Source: Motiliproteus sp.
Lineage (GTDB): Bacteria > Pseudomonadota > Gammaproteobacteria > Pseudomonadales > Balneatricaceae
Length of the DNA: 51,909 nucleotides
Reading direction: 5' to 3'
Assembly (NCBI GenBank): GCA_047622605.1
Contig: JBLHND010000001.1
Location: 1 to 51,909 of the forward strand
Under the pieces are notes generated by a model, which did not search any database, was not told the DNA's origin, and saw nothing but the letters and a program-made list of their open reading frames with translations. Below are positions 9,362-17,386 of this stretch, in pieces; within the stretch, counting starts at the first letter, position 1, and the number at the start of each line of letters is the position of its first letter. Both the position numbers and the translations under genes were made by a program.

Positions 9362-10048
9362 TCAGCGGCTGTTCTTTAGCCGGGTATGGCTCATCGAAAT
9401 ATGTGAACGCCAGATATGTCCCACCGCCCCCAGATCGCCGATCTCGACGGCTGTCAGGACATCCACTATCTCGCGGGAGAAGATCGCGACCTCTTCGGCC
9501 AGGTCCATCTGGGAGATGGACTTCAGCCAGATCCGGCTCGTCTGGTAGTAGAGCCGCTCGGTGATCTCTCGCAGGGGGGTGCTCTCTGTCAGGCGGGTGA
9601 GTACCTGGAAGAAGTCTACGTTGAGTCGGGCGAATGCCCGGGGGTCGGGCGTGTGCTGAAGTTCCCGACTCCGGGCGAGCAGTGAGCGAAGCTGCTCGAT
9701 CGTTTTTTCGCTCGGGGGTACCGGTGAGATCTTGCCGATCAGTTCCGCCAGCTCCATCCGTAGCTGATACACCTGAGAGAGCTGGTCGAAATCGATATCG
9801 GTGACGAGGGTGCCGACGCCATGGGTCACCTTGACCAGCCCCTCTGCGGCTAAGTGCGCCAGTACGCGGCGCAGCGGCGTGCGGCTTACGCCGAACTCTT
9901 CGGCCAGGGCCTCCTCGCTCAGGCGCGTCCCCGGGGGGTAGTCGAGCAGACAGATCCGGGTGCGCAGTGTATCGAGCAGTCGTTGGAAGCGGGTGTGTGC
10001 GCTGTTGCTCTGCTCTTGGTTCTTCTTGGGTTGTTTCGATCCGCCCAT
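9362..10048 (-). CDS. GntR family (FCD) transcriptional regulator, divergent from the ehu operon
   Basis: wHTH PPGTRLSEEALAEEFGVSRTPLR with an FCD-type C-terminus. Start is probably ATG 10048. Confidence 0.85.
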   Translation of the reverse strand: MGGSKQPKKNQEQSNSAHTRFQRLLDTLRTRICLLDYPPGTRLSEEALAEEFGVSRTPLRRVLAHLAAEGLVKVTHGVGTLVTDIDFDQLSQVYQLRMELAELIGKISPVPPSEKTIEQLRSLLARSRELQHTPDPRAFARLNVDFFQVLTRLTESTPLREITERLYYQTSRIWLKSISQMDLAEEVAIFSREIVDVLTAVEIGDLGAVGHIWRSHISMSHTRLKNSR

Positions 10049-10175
10049 TGCTCTGCTGCCCTGTCGTTGGTTCGCCAAGTTTGTTGGGATGGGGAGTATA
10101 ACCTGAGCCGCGACCTGCGGCAGCGTCGCTTTTACCGAGTTATGAGTCGTTACGCTATAGACTCTATTTTTGCCT

Positions 10176-10260
10176 GTTGTACACATCATGTCAATTTAAT
10201 CCGGTTAAAAAGGCGTTTAAGGCTTGACTGTGGCCTGTGTTGGTCTCTAATGTGTACAAC
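10176..10260. promoter_or_regulatory. Two putative GntR operators overlapping divergent sigma70 promoters
   Basis: GTTGTACACAT (10176-10186) and its exact reverse complement ATGTGTACAAC (10250-10260). The + strand has TTGACT (10224) and TCTAAT (10246); the - strand has TTGACA (10194-10189). Confidence 0.55.
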
Positions 10261-10317
10261 GTGCCTGTAATGAGCTGCTCGCCATCAGGTTTAACAACAA
10301 TAAAATCGGAGAATATG

Positions 10318-11160
10318 ATGAAATCTACGTTCTTAAAGAGCCTCGTTACCCTGGTTACCCTGAGTCTGGGTGCGACGGCAGTGTCCGCCGGACCTCTTAT
10401 GGATCGAATCAACAGCGGTGGGACCATCCGTGTTGGCTTCGCTAACGAGGTGCCCTATGCCTATCCCGGTGAGGGGGACGTGCCGCTTGGTTTTACCAAT
10501 GCTCATACTCTGGGCGTCCTCAAAGCGATGGGTTATGAGAACATCGAGCCGGTAGTGACCGAATGGGGTGGATTGATTCCGGGTCTCAAGGCGAACCGCT
10601 TCGATATCATCACCGGTGGTATGTCCATTTTAAAGAAGCGTTGCGAGAACGTGCAGTTCTCCGATCCTATAGGGAAATTCGGCGATGCTTTCATCGTTGC
10701 CAAGGGTAACCCTAAGGGTATTGAGAGCTACCAGGATATCAAAAACTCGAATGCGGTCATGGTGACCGGTGCCGGTTATAACACCATCAAAGCCGCTAAA
10801 AAAGAGGGAGTTCCTGATGATCAGGTCATGCAGGTGCCGGGCGTGACCGAAATTCTGGCTGCCGTCAGGGCAGGCCGTGCGGATGCCGGGGCGACGACCT
10901 ATTTCACCGCACTCAACCTGGCCAAGGAATCAGATGGCGCCGTGGAAGTGACCGATCCCTCCGCGCTACCCGAATGGACGTTAAATTGGGTCGGCATAGG
11001 CTTTAGTAACGAAGACCAGGACTTCGTGCAAGCGTTCAACGAGGCGCAGGAGGGCTATCTGGGTTCGAAAGAGATGCTCGCCTCCGTAGCGGAGTATGGC
11101 TACACCGAATCGAATCTGCCCGGTGATGTCAGTACCGACTGGGTTTGCAACAACCGCTGA
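10318..11160 (+). CDS. ehuB: Ectoine/hydroxyectoine ABC substrate-binding protein
   Basis: Signal peptide; GFANEVPYAY, EWGGLIPGL and KGNPKGI motifs. GGAG RBS before ATG-ATG (10315/10318). Confidence 0.8.
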   Translation: MKSTFLKSLVTLVTLSLGATAVSAGPLMDRINSGGTIRVGFANEVPYAYPGEGDVPLGFTNAHTLGVLKAMGYENIEPVVTEWGGLIPGLKANRFDIITGGMSILKKRCENVQFSDPIGKFGDAFIVAKGNPKGIESYQDIKNSNAVMVTGAGYNTIKAAKKEGVPDDQVMQVPGVTEILAAVRAGRADAGATTYFTALNLAKESDGAVEVTDPSALPEWTLNWVGIGFSNEDQDFVQAFNEAQEGYLGSKEMLASVAEYGYTESNLPGDVSTDWVCNNR

Positions 11161-11246
11161 TAGCTGTTTGAGCCTGAGGCGGGCCGCCAGCGCCGCCTCT
11201 CAAAAACTGATCGAGTGGGTTCTCGTCAATTTTAGGAACGAAACAG

Positions 11247-11924
11247 ATGTCATATTTTGATTTTATCGTCGAGTACGGCCCGCGATTTCTCGATGGCACC
11301 CTGATCACCGCGCTGCAGACCCTGCTGGCCGCGCTGCTCGCTATCTCGATTGCGGTGACGACGGGCCTGATGAGGCTGTCGCACAGCCGTATCGTTAGTG
11401 GCGTGGCTGTGACGTATATCGAGCTGTTTCGGGGCACCTCGCTGCTTGTGCAACTTTACTGGATCTTCTTCGTGCTGCCGCTGCTGGGGGTGACCCTAGA
11501 CAAATTTACCGCCGGTTTTGTAGCGATCGGCATGAACCTGGGCGCTTACGGCGCCGAACTGGTGCGCGGCGGTATCCTCTCGGTGCCCAAGGGACAGTGG
11601 GAAGCCGCGTTGGCGCTTAATATGTCGCCGGCCAAGCGCATGATCCGGATTATCTTTCCGCAGGCTTTGCTCAATATGTTGCCCCCTTGGGGGAACCTGA
11701 TGATTGAGCTGCTGAAGGGCACCGCGCTGGTGTCGCTGATCTCGGTGTCCGATCTGATGTTCGAGTCAAAGCAGATCAATGGCACCACCTTCCTGTCGGC
11801 CCAGACCTTCGGCACGGCACTGATCATCTACTACTTTATGGCCCGGCTGGTGATTACGCCCTTTATGCGCTGGTTGGAGCGACTGATGGCCCACAAGATG
11901 GGCAAGGGGACTAAGCATGTTTGA
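11247..11924 (+). CDS. ehuC: Ectoine/hydroxyectoine ABC permease
   Basis: YIELFRGTSLLVQLYW and GAYGAELVRG motifs. Confidence 0.8.
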   Translation: MSYFDFIVEYGPRFLDGTLITALQTLLAALLAISIAVTTGLMRLSHSRIVSGVAVTYIELFRGTSLLVQLYWIFFVLPLLGVTLDKFTAGFVAIGMNLGAYGAELVRGGILSVPKGQWEAALALNMSPAKRMIRIIFPQALLNMLPPWGNLMIELLKGTALVSLISVSDLMFESKQINGTTFLSAQTFGTALIIYYFMARLVITPFMRWLERLMAHKMGKGTKHV

Positions 11925-12585
11925 TTGGCGTTGGGAGTTTGTCTGGGAGCTCCTCCCTCGATTGCTCGGGGCGACCGGTAATACGCTTATTGCGGCCGGC
12001 GTGGGTTATGGGATCGCGGTGGTACTTGGGCTGGTGTTCGCACTCGCGCAGCGGACGCCTTACGGCCTGCTGACCCTGGTGGTGCGTGAAACCGTCGAGT
12101 TTATCCGCTCGACCCCCCTGGTGCTGCAGATCTTTTTTATATTTTTCGTCGGCCCTCAGGTGGGTATACGGCTGTCGCCCTGGATGACGGGCATGATCGC
12201 TATCGGCCTGCATTATGCCGCCTACCTGTCGGAGGTTTATCGGGGCGGGCTCGAAAGTGTGCCTAAAGGGCAATGGGAAGCCGCGTTGGCGATTAATATG
12301 AGCCCGGCGCAGACCTATTCCCGAATCATTATCCCCCAGGCCTTGCCCTTCTGTCTGGCCGGCATGGGTAACTACCTGGTCGGTATCTTTAAAGATACGC
12401 CGATGCTGTCGGTGATCGGTGTGGCTGAGCTGATGCATACGGCCAACGCCATAGGTGCGGAAAATTACCGTTTCCTGGAGCCTTTCACGCTGGTCGGGGT
12501 GATCTTTCTGGCAATTTCGCTGCCCACGGCCGGACTTGTTCGCGTCTTCGAGGCATGGATCCGTAAAAAACTGGGGATGAACTGA
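11917..12585 (+). CDS. ehuD: Ectoine/hydroxyectoine ABC permease
   Basis: Starts MFDWRWEF; has EFIRSTPL and GNYLVGIFKDTPMLS; overlaps the end of ehuC. Confidence 0.8.
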   Translation: MFDWRWEFVWELLPRLLGATGNTLIAAGVGYGIAVVLGLVFALAQRTPYGLLTLVVRETVEFIRSTPLVLQIFFIFFVGPQVGIRLSPWMTGMIAIGLHYAAYLSEVYRGGLESVPKGQWEAALAINMSPAQTYSRIIIPQALPFCLAGMGNYLVGIFKDTPMLSVIGVAELMHTANAIGAENYRFLEPFTLVGVIFLAISLPTAGLVRVFEAWIRKKLGMN

Positions 12586-13403
12586 TGCAAGAAGATATGT
12601 CGCAATACCCGCTGAGGCTCACCGGTGAGAATGTCCCTGTGGTGCGCTTTATGAATGTCACCAAAAGCTACGGCAGCCTGACGGTCCTGGATGCGCTGGA
12701 TCTTGATGTGTCCGAGGGTGAGATGGTCACCGTTATAGGCCCCTCCGGATCGGGCAAGACCACCGTGTTGCGGATGCTTATGACCCTGGAGGCGATCAAT
12801 GGCGGGGTGATCTATGTGGGGGGTGAGCCGCTCACGCATATGGAGCACAACGGTGTCCTGGTGCCCGCCAGCAGCCGTCACCTGCAACGGATGCGCTCTA
12901 ATATCGGCATGTGTTTTCAGCATTTCAATCTGTTTCCGCATATGACTGCCCTCGAGAACTGTATGGAAGGGCCTATTCAGGTGCAGGGGCTCGGCAAGCA
13001 ACAGGCCCGCGAACGCGCCGAGGAGCTGCTGGAGATGGTCGGCATGGCGGACAAGCGGGACCAGCATCCGTCACGCTTGTCGGGTGGACAGCAGCAGCGG
13101 GTGGCTATCGCCCGGGCACTGGCCATGCGGCCGAAGGTAATGCTGTTCGACGAGGTGACCTCGGCGCTCGATCCGGAAGTGATCGGCGAGGTCACCGGCG
13201 TGATCCGCAAGCTGGTTTCCGAGCATAACCTGACCATGTTGATGGTGACCCACCAGATGGGCTTCGCCAAGGATATTTCTGACCGGGTGTGTTTCTTCTA
13301 TGGCGGTCGGATTGAAGAGCAGGGGCCTCCCGAGCAACTGTTCGGCAATCCGCAGAGAGAGCGGGCTCAACAGTTCCTGAGCGCGGTCAGGGAGGCAGTA
13401 TAG
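12585..13403 (+). CDS. ehuA: Ectoine/hydroxyectoine ABC ATPase
   Basis: GPSGSGKTTVLRMLMTLE and FDEVTSALDPE motifs. Confidence 0.85.
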   Translation: MQEDMSQYPLRLTGENVPVVRFMNVTKSYGSLTVLDALDLDVSEGEMVTVIGPSGSGKTTVLRMLMTLEAINGGVIYVGGEPLTHMEHNGVLVPASSRHLQRMRSNIGMCFQHFNLFPHMTALENCMEGPIQVQGLGKQQARERAEELLEMVGMADKRDQHPSRLSGGQQQRVAIARALAMRPKVMLFDEVTSALDPEVIGEVTGVIRKLVSEHNLTMLMVTHQMGFAKDISDRVCFFYGGRIEEQGPPEQLFGNPQRERAQQFLSAVREAV

Positions 13404-13428
13404 AGAGGCAGTATTCTGTAAAACTCGC

Positions 13429-13516
13429 GTAACGCCTCAGCATAACTCTCAGTTGCTGTGTTGCATCCCGCAGCAGTGCGGTACCAGGGCTACAGGCTGA
13501 GATGCTGAGGCGTTAC
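13429..13516 (+). repeat. Long intercistronic inverted repeat (15-bp perfect stem)
   Basis: GTAACGCCTCAGCAT (13429-13443) pairs with ATGCTGAGGCGTTAC (13502-13516). Confidence 0.8.
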
Positions 13517-13557
13517 AAACTTGTATTAATTAATGAATTGATTTAGCAGGAGTTGCT

Positions 13558-14739
13558 GTGAAATATAAACAGCCCTTTAGTCTTGGTGAATATCAAGCGC
13601 GTCTAAAAAAGACCCAGCAAAGCATGCTTGCTGCGGGTATCGATGTCCTTATCGTCAGCGAGCCGAGTAACCTCTATTACCTGACCGGTTATGATGCCTG
13701 GTCGTTCTATACCCCGCAGTACGCGCTGATCAGCCAGAACGGTGATAAGCCGCTGCTGGTGGTCCGGGGTCAGGATATCAACGGCGCCAAACTGACCTCT
13801 TACCTAGCCGATGACCGGATCGTCGGTTACTCCGACCACTATATTCAGAATCCGGCCGCCCACTGCATGGAATACGTCGCCCGGCAGTTACGCGACCTTG
13901 GCCAGGGGGGGGCTAACATCGGTTATGAAGGTGACAGCCACTTCTTCAGTGCCCGCAGTCTCAGCCAGATCCAAGCCCAGCTTCCGAATGCCAGATTCGT
14001 CGATGCCGATGCGTTGGTCAACTGGGTCCGTAGCGTCAAGTCCGATGCCGAGATCGGTTATATGCGCCAGGCGGCGCGGCTGACGGACCTCACCATGGAA
14101 AGGGCGATCAACAAGATTCGACCGGGCGTGCGTCTGGCGGATGTGGCCGCCGAGGTGTATGCCACCTCCGTGGCCGGGCTGGAGGATTACGCCGGTGAAT
14201 ATTCGGCGATGGCGCCGCTGATTCCGGCCGGTGTCGGGACCTCCTGCCCCCATGTGATGTGGCGCGATGAGCGCTACCAAAAGGGTAGCTGCACCACGTT
14301 GGAGTTCTCCGGTGTCAAGGCGCGTTATCACGCACCTCAGAGCCGTACGGTGTTCCTGGGCAAGCCAGATCCTAAGGCCTATGACTGCGTACAGGTCGTG
14401 CTGGAAGGGATAGAGGCGGTGCTGGATATTGCGAAAGAGGGGGTCTATGCCCATGAGGTGCATGCCGCCTGGGATAAGGTGATCACCAAGCACGGCATCG
14501 TCAAGGATTCCCGTTGTGGTTACAGCATCGGCATCGGCTATCCGCCCGATTGGGGCGAGCGCACTATCAGCTTTCGTCCCATCGACAATACCCTGCTGAC
14601 GGAAAACGTCACCATGCACTTTATGCCGGGGGTCTGGTTCGACGATTGGGGGGTGGCGATCACCGAATCGATTCGCATCACTAAAGAGGGGGCGGAATGC
14701 CTGTGCACCACGCCCCGTGAGCTGTTTATTATCGATTGA
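13558..14739 (+). CDS. doeA: Ectoine/hydroxyectoine hydrolase (M24 pita-bread fold, DoeA/EutD)
   Basis: LTGYDAWSFY, GYSIGIGYPPDWGERT and HFMPG..ITES are DoeA/EutD signatures; follows ehuBCDA. Confidence 0.85.
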   Translation: MKYKQPFSLGEYQARLKKTQQSMLAAGIDVLIVSEPSNLYYLTGYDAWSFYTPQYALISQNGDKPLLVVRGQDINGAKLTSYLADDRIVGYSDHYIQNPAAHCMEYVARQLRDLGQGGANIGYEGDSHFFSARSLSQIQAQLPNARFVDADALVNWVRSVKSDAEIGYMRQAARLTDLTMERAINKIRPGVRLADVAAEVYATSVAGLEDYAGEYSAMAPLIPAGVGTSCPHVMWRDERYQKGSCTTLEFSGVKARYHAPQSRTVFLGKPDPKAYDCVQVVLEGIEAVLDIAKEGVYAHEVHAAWDKVITKHGIVKDSRCGYSIGIGYPPDWGERTISFRPIDNTLLTENVTMHFMPGVWFDDWGVAITESIRITKEGAECLCTTPRELFIID

Positions 14740-14751
14740 TCAGGAGGTGGT

Positions 14752-15870
14752 ATGACCCCAACGGCTTCAGCTACAAGTACAGCTACAAGTACAGCTACAA
14801 GTACAGCTACAAGTACAAGACCGATGTTTGCCAGCGATAACGTCTCCGGTGTGCATCCGCGCATCATGGAGGCGCTGGTGGAAACCAACCAGGGCCATGC
14901 CCTGAGTTATGGCGCGGATGCCTACACGGCCAGGGCCAATCAGGCCTTCAAAAAACTCTTTGGTGAGCAGGCAGAGACCTTTCTGGTCTACAACGGCACC
15001 GGCTCCAATGTGATTGCCCTCAAAGGGCTGGTGCGTTCCTATGAAGCGGTGTTCTGCTCTGCTGAATCGCACCTGTGGATCGATGAGGCAGGGGCGCCGG
15101 AACAATTTCTGGGTTCCAAACTGATCACGCTGCCCGCCGTCGATGGCAAGATCCGGATCGAGGATATGAAGCCGCGCCTGGCCGATATTGGCTTTCAGCA
15201 CCGTAGCCAGCCGAAGGTGATCTCTATCGCCCAATGCACCGAACGGGGCTCGGTCTACAGCCTCGATGAGCTGCAACAGATCTGCGATTTCGCCAAGCAG
15301 CATGGCTTCTACGTCCATATCGACGGCGCGCGTATTCATAATGCGCTGGTCGCGCTGAAGACCGACTGCAAGTCGCTGTTCACCGATCTGGGCGTCGACG
15401 TAGTCTCCTTCGGTGGCAGTAAAAACGGCATGATGATGGGCGAAGCCGTCGTGGTGCTGAACCCCCTGTTGCAGGCCAATTATGCCGTGATTCGCAAACA
15501 TGGCATGCACCTGGCCTCCAAGATGCGGTTCCTGGCCGCCCAGTACCTGGCGTACTTCGAAAACGACCTGTGGTTGGACAACGCCGCCAACGCCAACGCC
15601 ATGGCCCGTTACCTGGGCGAACGCCTGGCGACTATCTCGGACGCCTCTCTTGCGGCACCGGTGGAATCCAACATCCTGTTCGTCGAACTGCCGAATCACT
15701 GGATCGCGCCGTTGCAGCAACAGGCGTTTTTCCATGTTTGGAAGGCTGACAGCAGTCCAGGGCGCTCCGAAGGCCGCCTGGTCATGTCCTTCGACATCGA
15801 GTCGCAGGATATTGATGCCTTTATCGAGCGTATGCAGCAGTTGGCCGCTGGCGAACCGGGCTTCGGCTAA
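14752..15870 (+). CDS. ltaE: Low-specificity L-threonine aldolase family PLP enzyme
   Basis: FASDN, HIDGAR, SFGGSKNG (PLP lysine) and SKMRF motifs; strong AGGAGG RBS. Confidence 0.8.
   Translation: MTPTASATSTATSTATSTATSTRPMFASDNVSGVHPRIMEALVETNQGHALSYGADAYTARANQAFKKLFGEQAETFLVYNGTGSNVIALKGLVRSYEAVFCSAESHLWIDEAGAPEQFLGSKLITLPAVDGKIRIEDMKPRLADIGFQHRSQPKVISIAQCTERGSVYSLDELQQICDFAKQHGFYVHIDGARIHNALVALKTDCKSLFTDLGVDVVSFGGSKNGMMMGEAVVVLNPLLQANYAVIRKHGMHLASKMRFLAAQYLAYFENDLWLDNAANANAMARYLGERLATISDASLAAPVESNILFVELPNHWIAPLQQQAFFHVWKADSSPGRSEGRLVMSFDIESQDIDAFIERMQQLAAGEPGFG
14768..14815 (+). repeat. In-frame 12-bp VNTR (CAGCTACAAGTA)x4 encoding ATST repeats at the aldolase N-terminus
   Basis: Read directly from the sequence. 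Confidence 0.95.
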
Positions 15871-15949
15871 ACGCGTAACACCTAACACGTAATGCAACCT
15901 GTGGTGCCTTGGGCTTCACCGGCTAAGCAGCTAAGACAGGAGCCTCACC

Positions 15950-17383
15950 ATGGCTAAGATACGACTGGAAAATCCCTTTACCCGCGCACTGGTCTTTGAG
16001 CAGGAATCCGAGACCTTCGCCCAGGTCGCAGGCAAGCTCGTGCGTGCCCGGACCGCTTACAGTCGTTGGTCCCGCGTACCGCCCGCACAGCGCGCGGCCC
16101 TGGTACGCAAGGCGCTGGATCAGTTTCGTGAGGCGGAAACTCAGATCTGTACGGCCATCGCCAACGAGATGGGCAAGCCGAAAGTCGCGGCCGCTCAGGA
16201 GTTGGCCTTTATGCTCGAGCGGGCCGAGACTATGTGTACTTTCGCCGCAGAGGGTGCGCTCCAGGACCTGGATATGAGTGGCGATCACCAGCCGGATTTC
16301 GAGGGCAGACTCCGTTTTCGCGGCAAGGGCCTGGTCTACATCATCAGCCCCTGGAACTATCCCCTGTTCACCGCCATCAACGGGGTGATCTGTGCCTTGT
16401 TGAGCGGCAGCACGGTGCTGCTCAAACACACCACGACGCCCTCCGTAGGACGGCTATTCGAAAACGCCTTTCAATCCATGGGCGAGTTCGACGATCTGCT
16501 GTTCAATGTCACCACGGATTACGCGGTGTCGGCCGAGATTATCGAGCAAGGGGACATCAACCACGTGGTCTTTACCGGCTCCGTCCAGGGCGGGCGAGTG
16601 ATTCAGCAGAGTGTTGCCAAGCGGGCGCTGAACGAGCAGCTGAGGTCACCCTTTATCGAGGCATCGCTGGAGCTGGGCAGTAATGATGCCTGTTATATCG
16701 CCGAGGATGCCGACCTGGAGCAGGCGGTGCTCTGGGCGGTCACCATTGGTCGGTTACATAATTCCGGTCAATCCTGCTGCGCGGTGAAACGGGTCTATGT
16801 GCACGCCGCATTGCATGATGCTTTTCTCGAGAAAGCCAAGGCGGTGATGGAAGCGCAGGTGAACGGTGATCCCCTGAGCGAGACGACGACCCTGGGGCCG
16901 CTGTTTGGGGGTGAGGCGGCGATCGATGGCCTGATGGCGCTGGTTGACGATGCCAAGGCGCGAGGCGCGAGCATCGTTACCGGTGGTGAGCGCGAAACCC
17001 GCGGCGGTTGCGCCTTTATCCAGCCCACGCTGGTGAGCGGTGTCGATCACCAGATGCGGATCATGACCGAAGAGACCTTCGGCCCGGTGCTGCCGGTGAT
17101 GAAGGTGACCAGCGATGCGCAGGCGTTCGAGCTGATCGCCGATACCCGTTATGGCCTCACGGCCGCCCTCTTTACCCGCTCCCGCGCTCGTGCCAGCCAG
17201 TTTCTGGAGGCGTTGGACTTCGGCACGCTGTATGTAAACCGCTGTAACTTCGTCGATGCCCGGCTCGGCTGGATTGGACATCGTCATTCCGGCAACGGCT
17301 CTCTCGCACTGTCGCCCGAAGGACTGCGTGCTTTTAGCAGCAAGACGTCGATCAATATCGACGGCTCGCAGTTGGGAGATTAG
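15950..17383 (+). CDS. NAD(P)-dependent aldehyde dehydrogenase (divergent)
   Basis: PWNYP, FTGS, LELGSND (canonical LELGGK), GQSCCA and EETFGP motifs. Confidence 0.9.
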   Translation: MAKIRLENPFTRALVFEQESETFAQVAGKLVRARTAYSRWSRVPPAQRAALVRKALDQFREAETQICTAIANEMGKPKVAAAQELAFMLERAETMCTFAAEGALQDLDMSGDHQPDFEGRLRFRGKGLVYIISPWNYPLFTAINGVICALLSGSTVLLKHTTTPSVGRLFENAFQSMGEFDDLLFNVTTDYAVSAEIIEQGDINHVVFTGSVQGGRVIQQSVAKRALNEQLRSPFIEASLELGSNDACYIAEDADLEQAVLWAVTIGRLHNSGQSCCAVKRVYVHAALHDAFLEKAKAVMEAQVNGDPLSETTTLGPLFGGEAAIDGLMALVDDAKARGASIVTGGERETRGGCAFIQPTLVSGVDHQMRIMTEETFGPVLPVMKVTSDAQAFELIADTRYGLTAALFTRSRARASQFLEALDFGTLYVNRCNFVDARLGWIGHRHSGNGSLALSPEGLRAFSSKTSINIDGSQLGD

Positions 17384-17386
17384 ACC

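Noticed and set aside
13558-14739. Creatinase or Xaa-Pro peptidase annotation
   Set aside because: The YPPDWGERT and GYDAWSFY motifs and the ehuBCDA context fit DoeA/EutD better.
13888-15897. Long antisense ORFs (243 aa and 376 aa), including a CSCT repeat
   Set aside because: They are shadow frames of doeA and the aldolase. The Cys repeat is just the reverse complement of the 12-bp VNTR.
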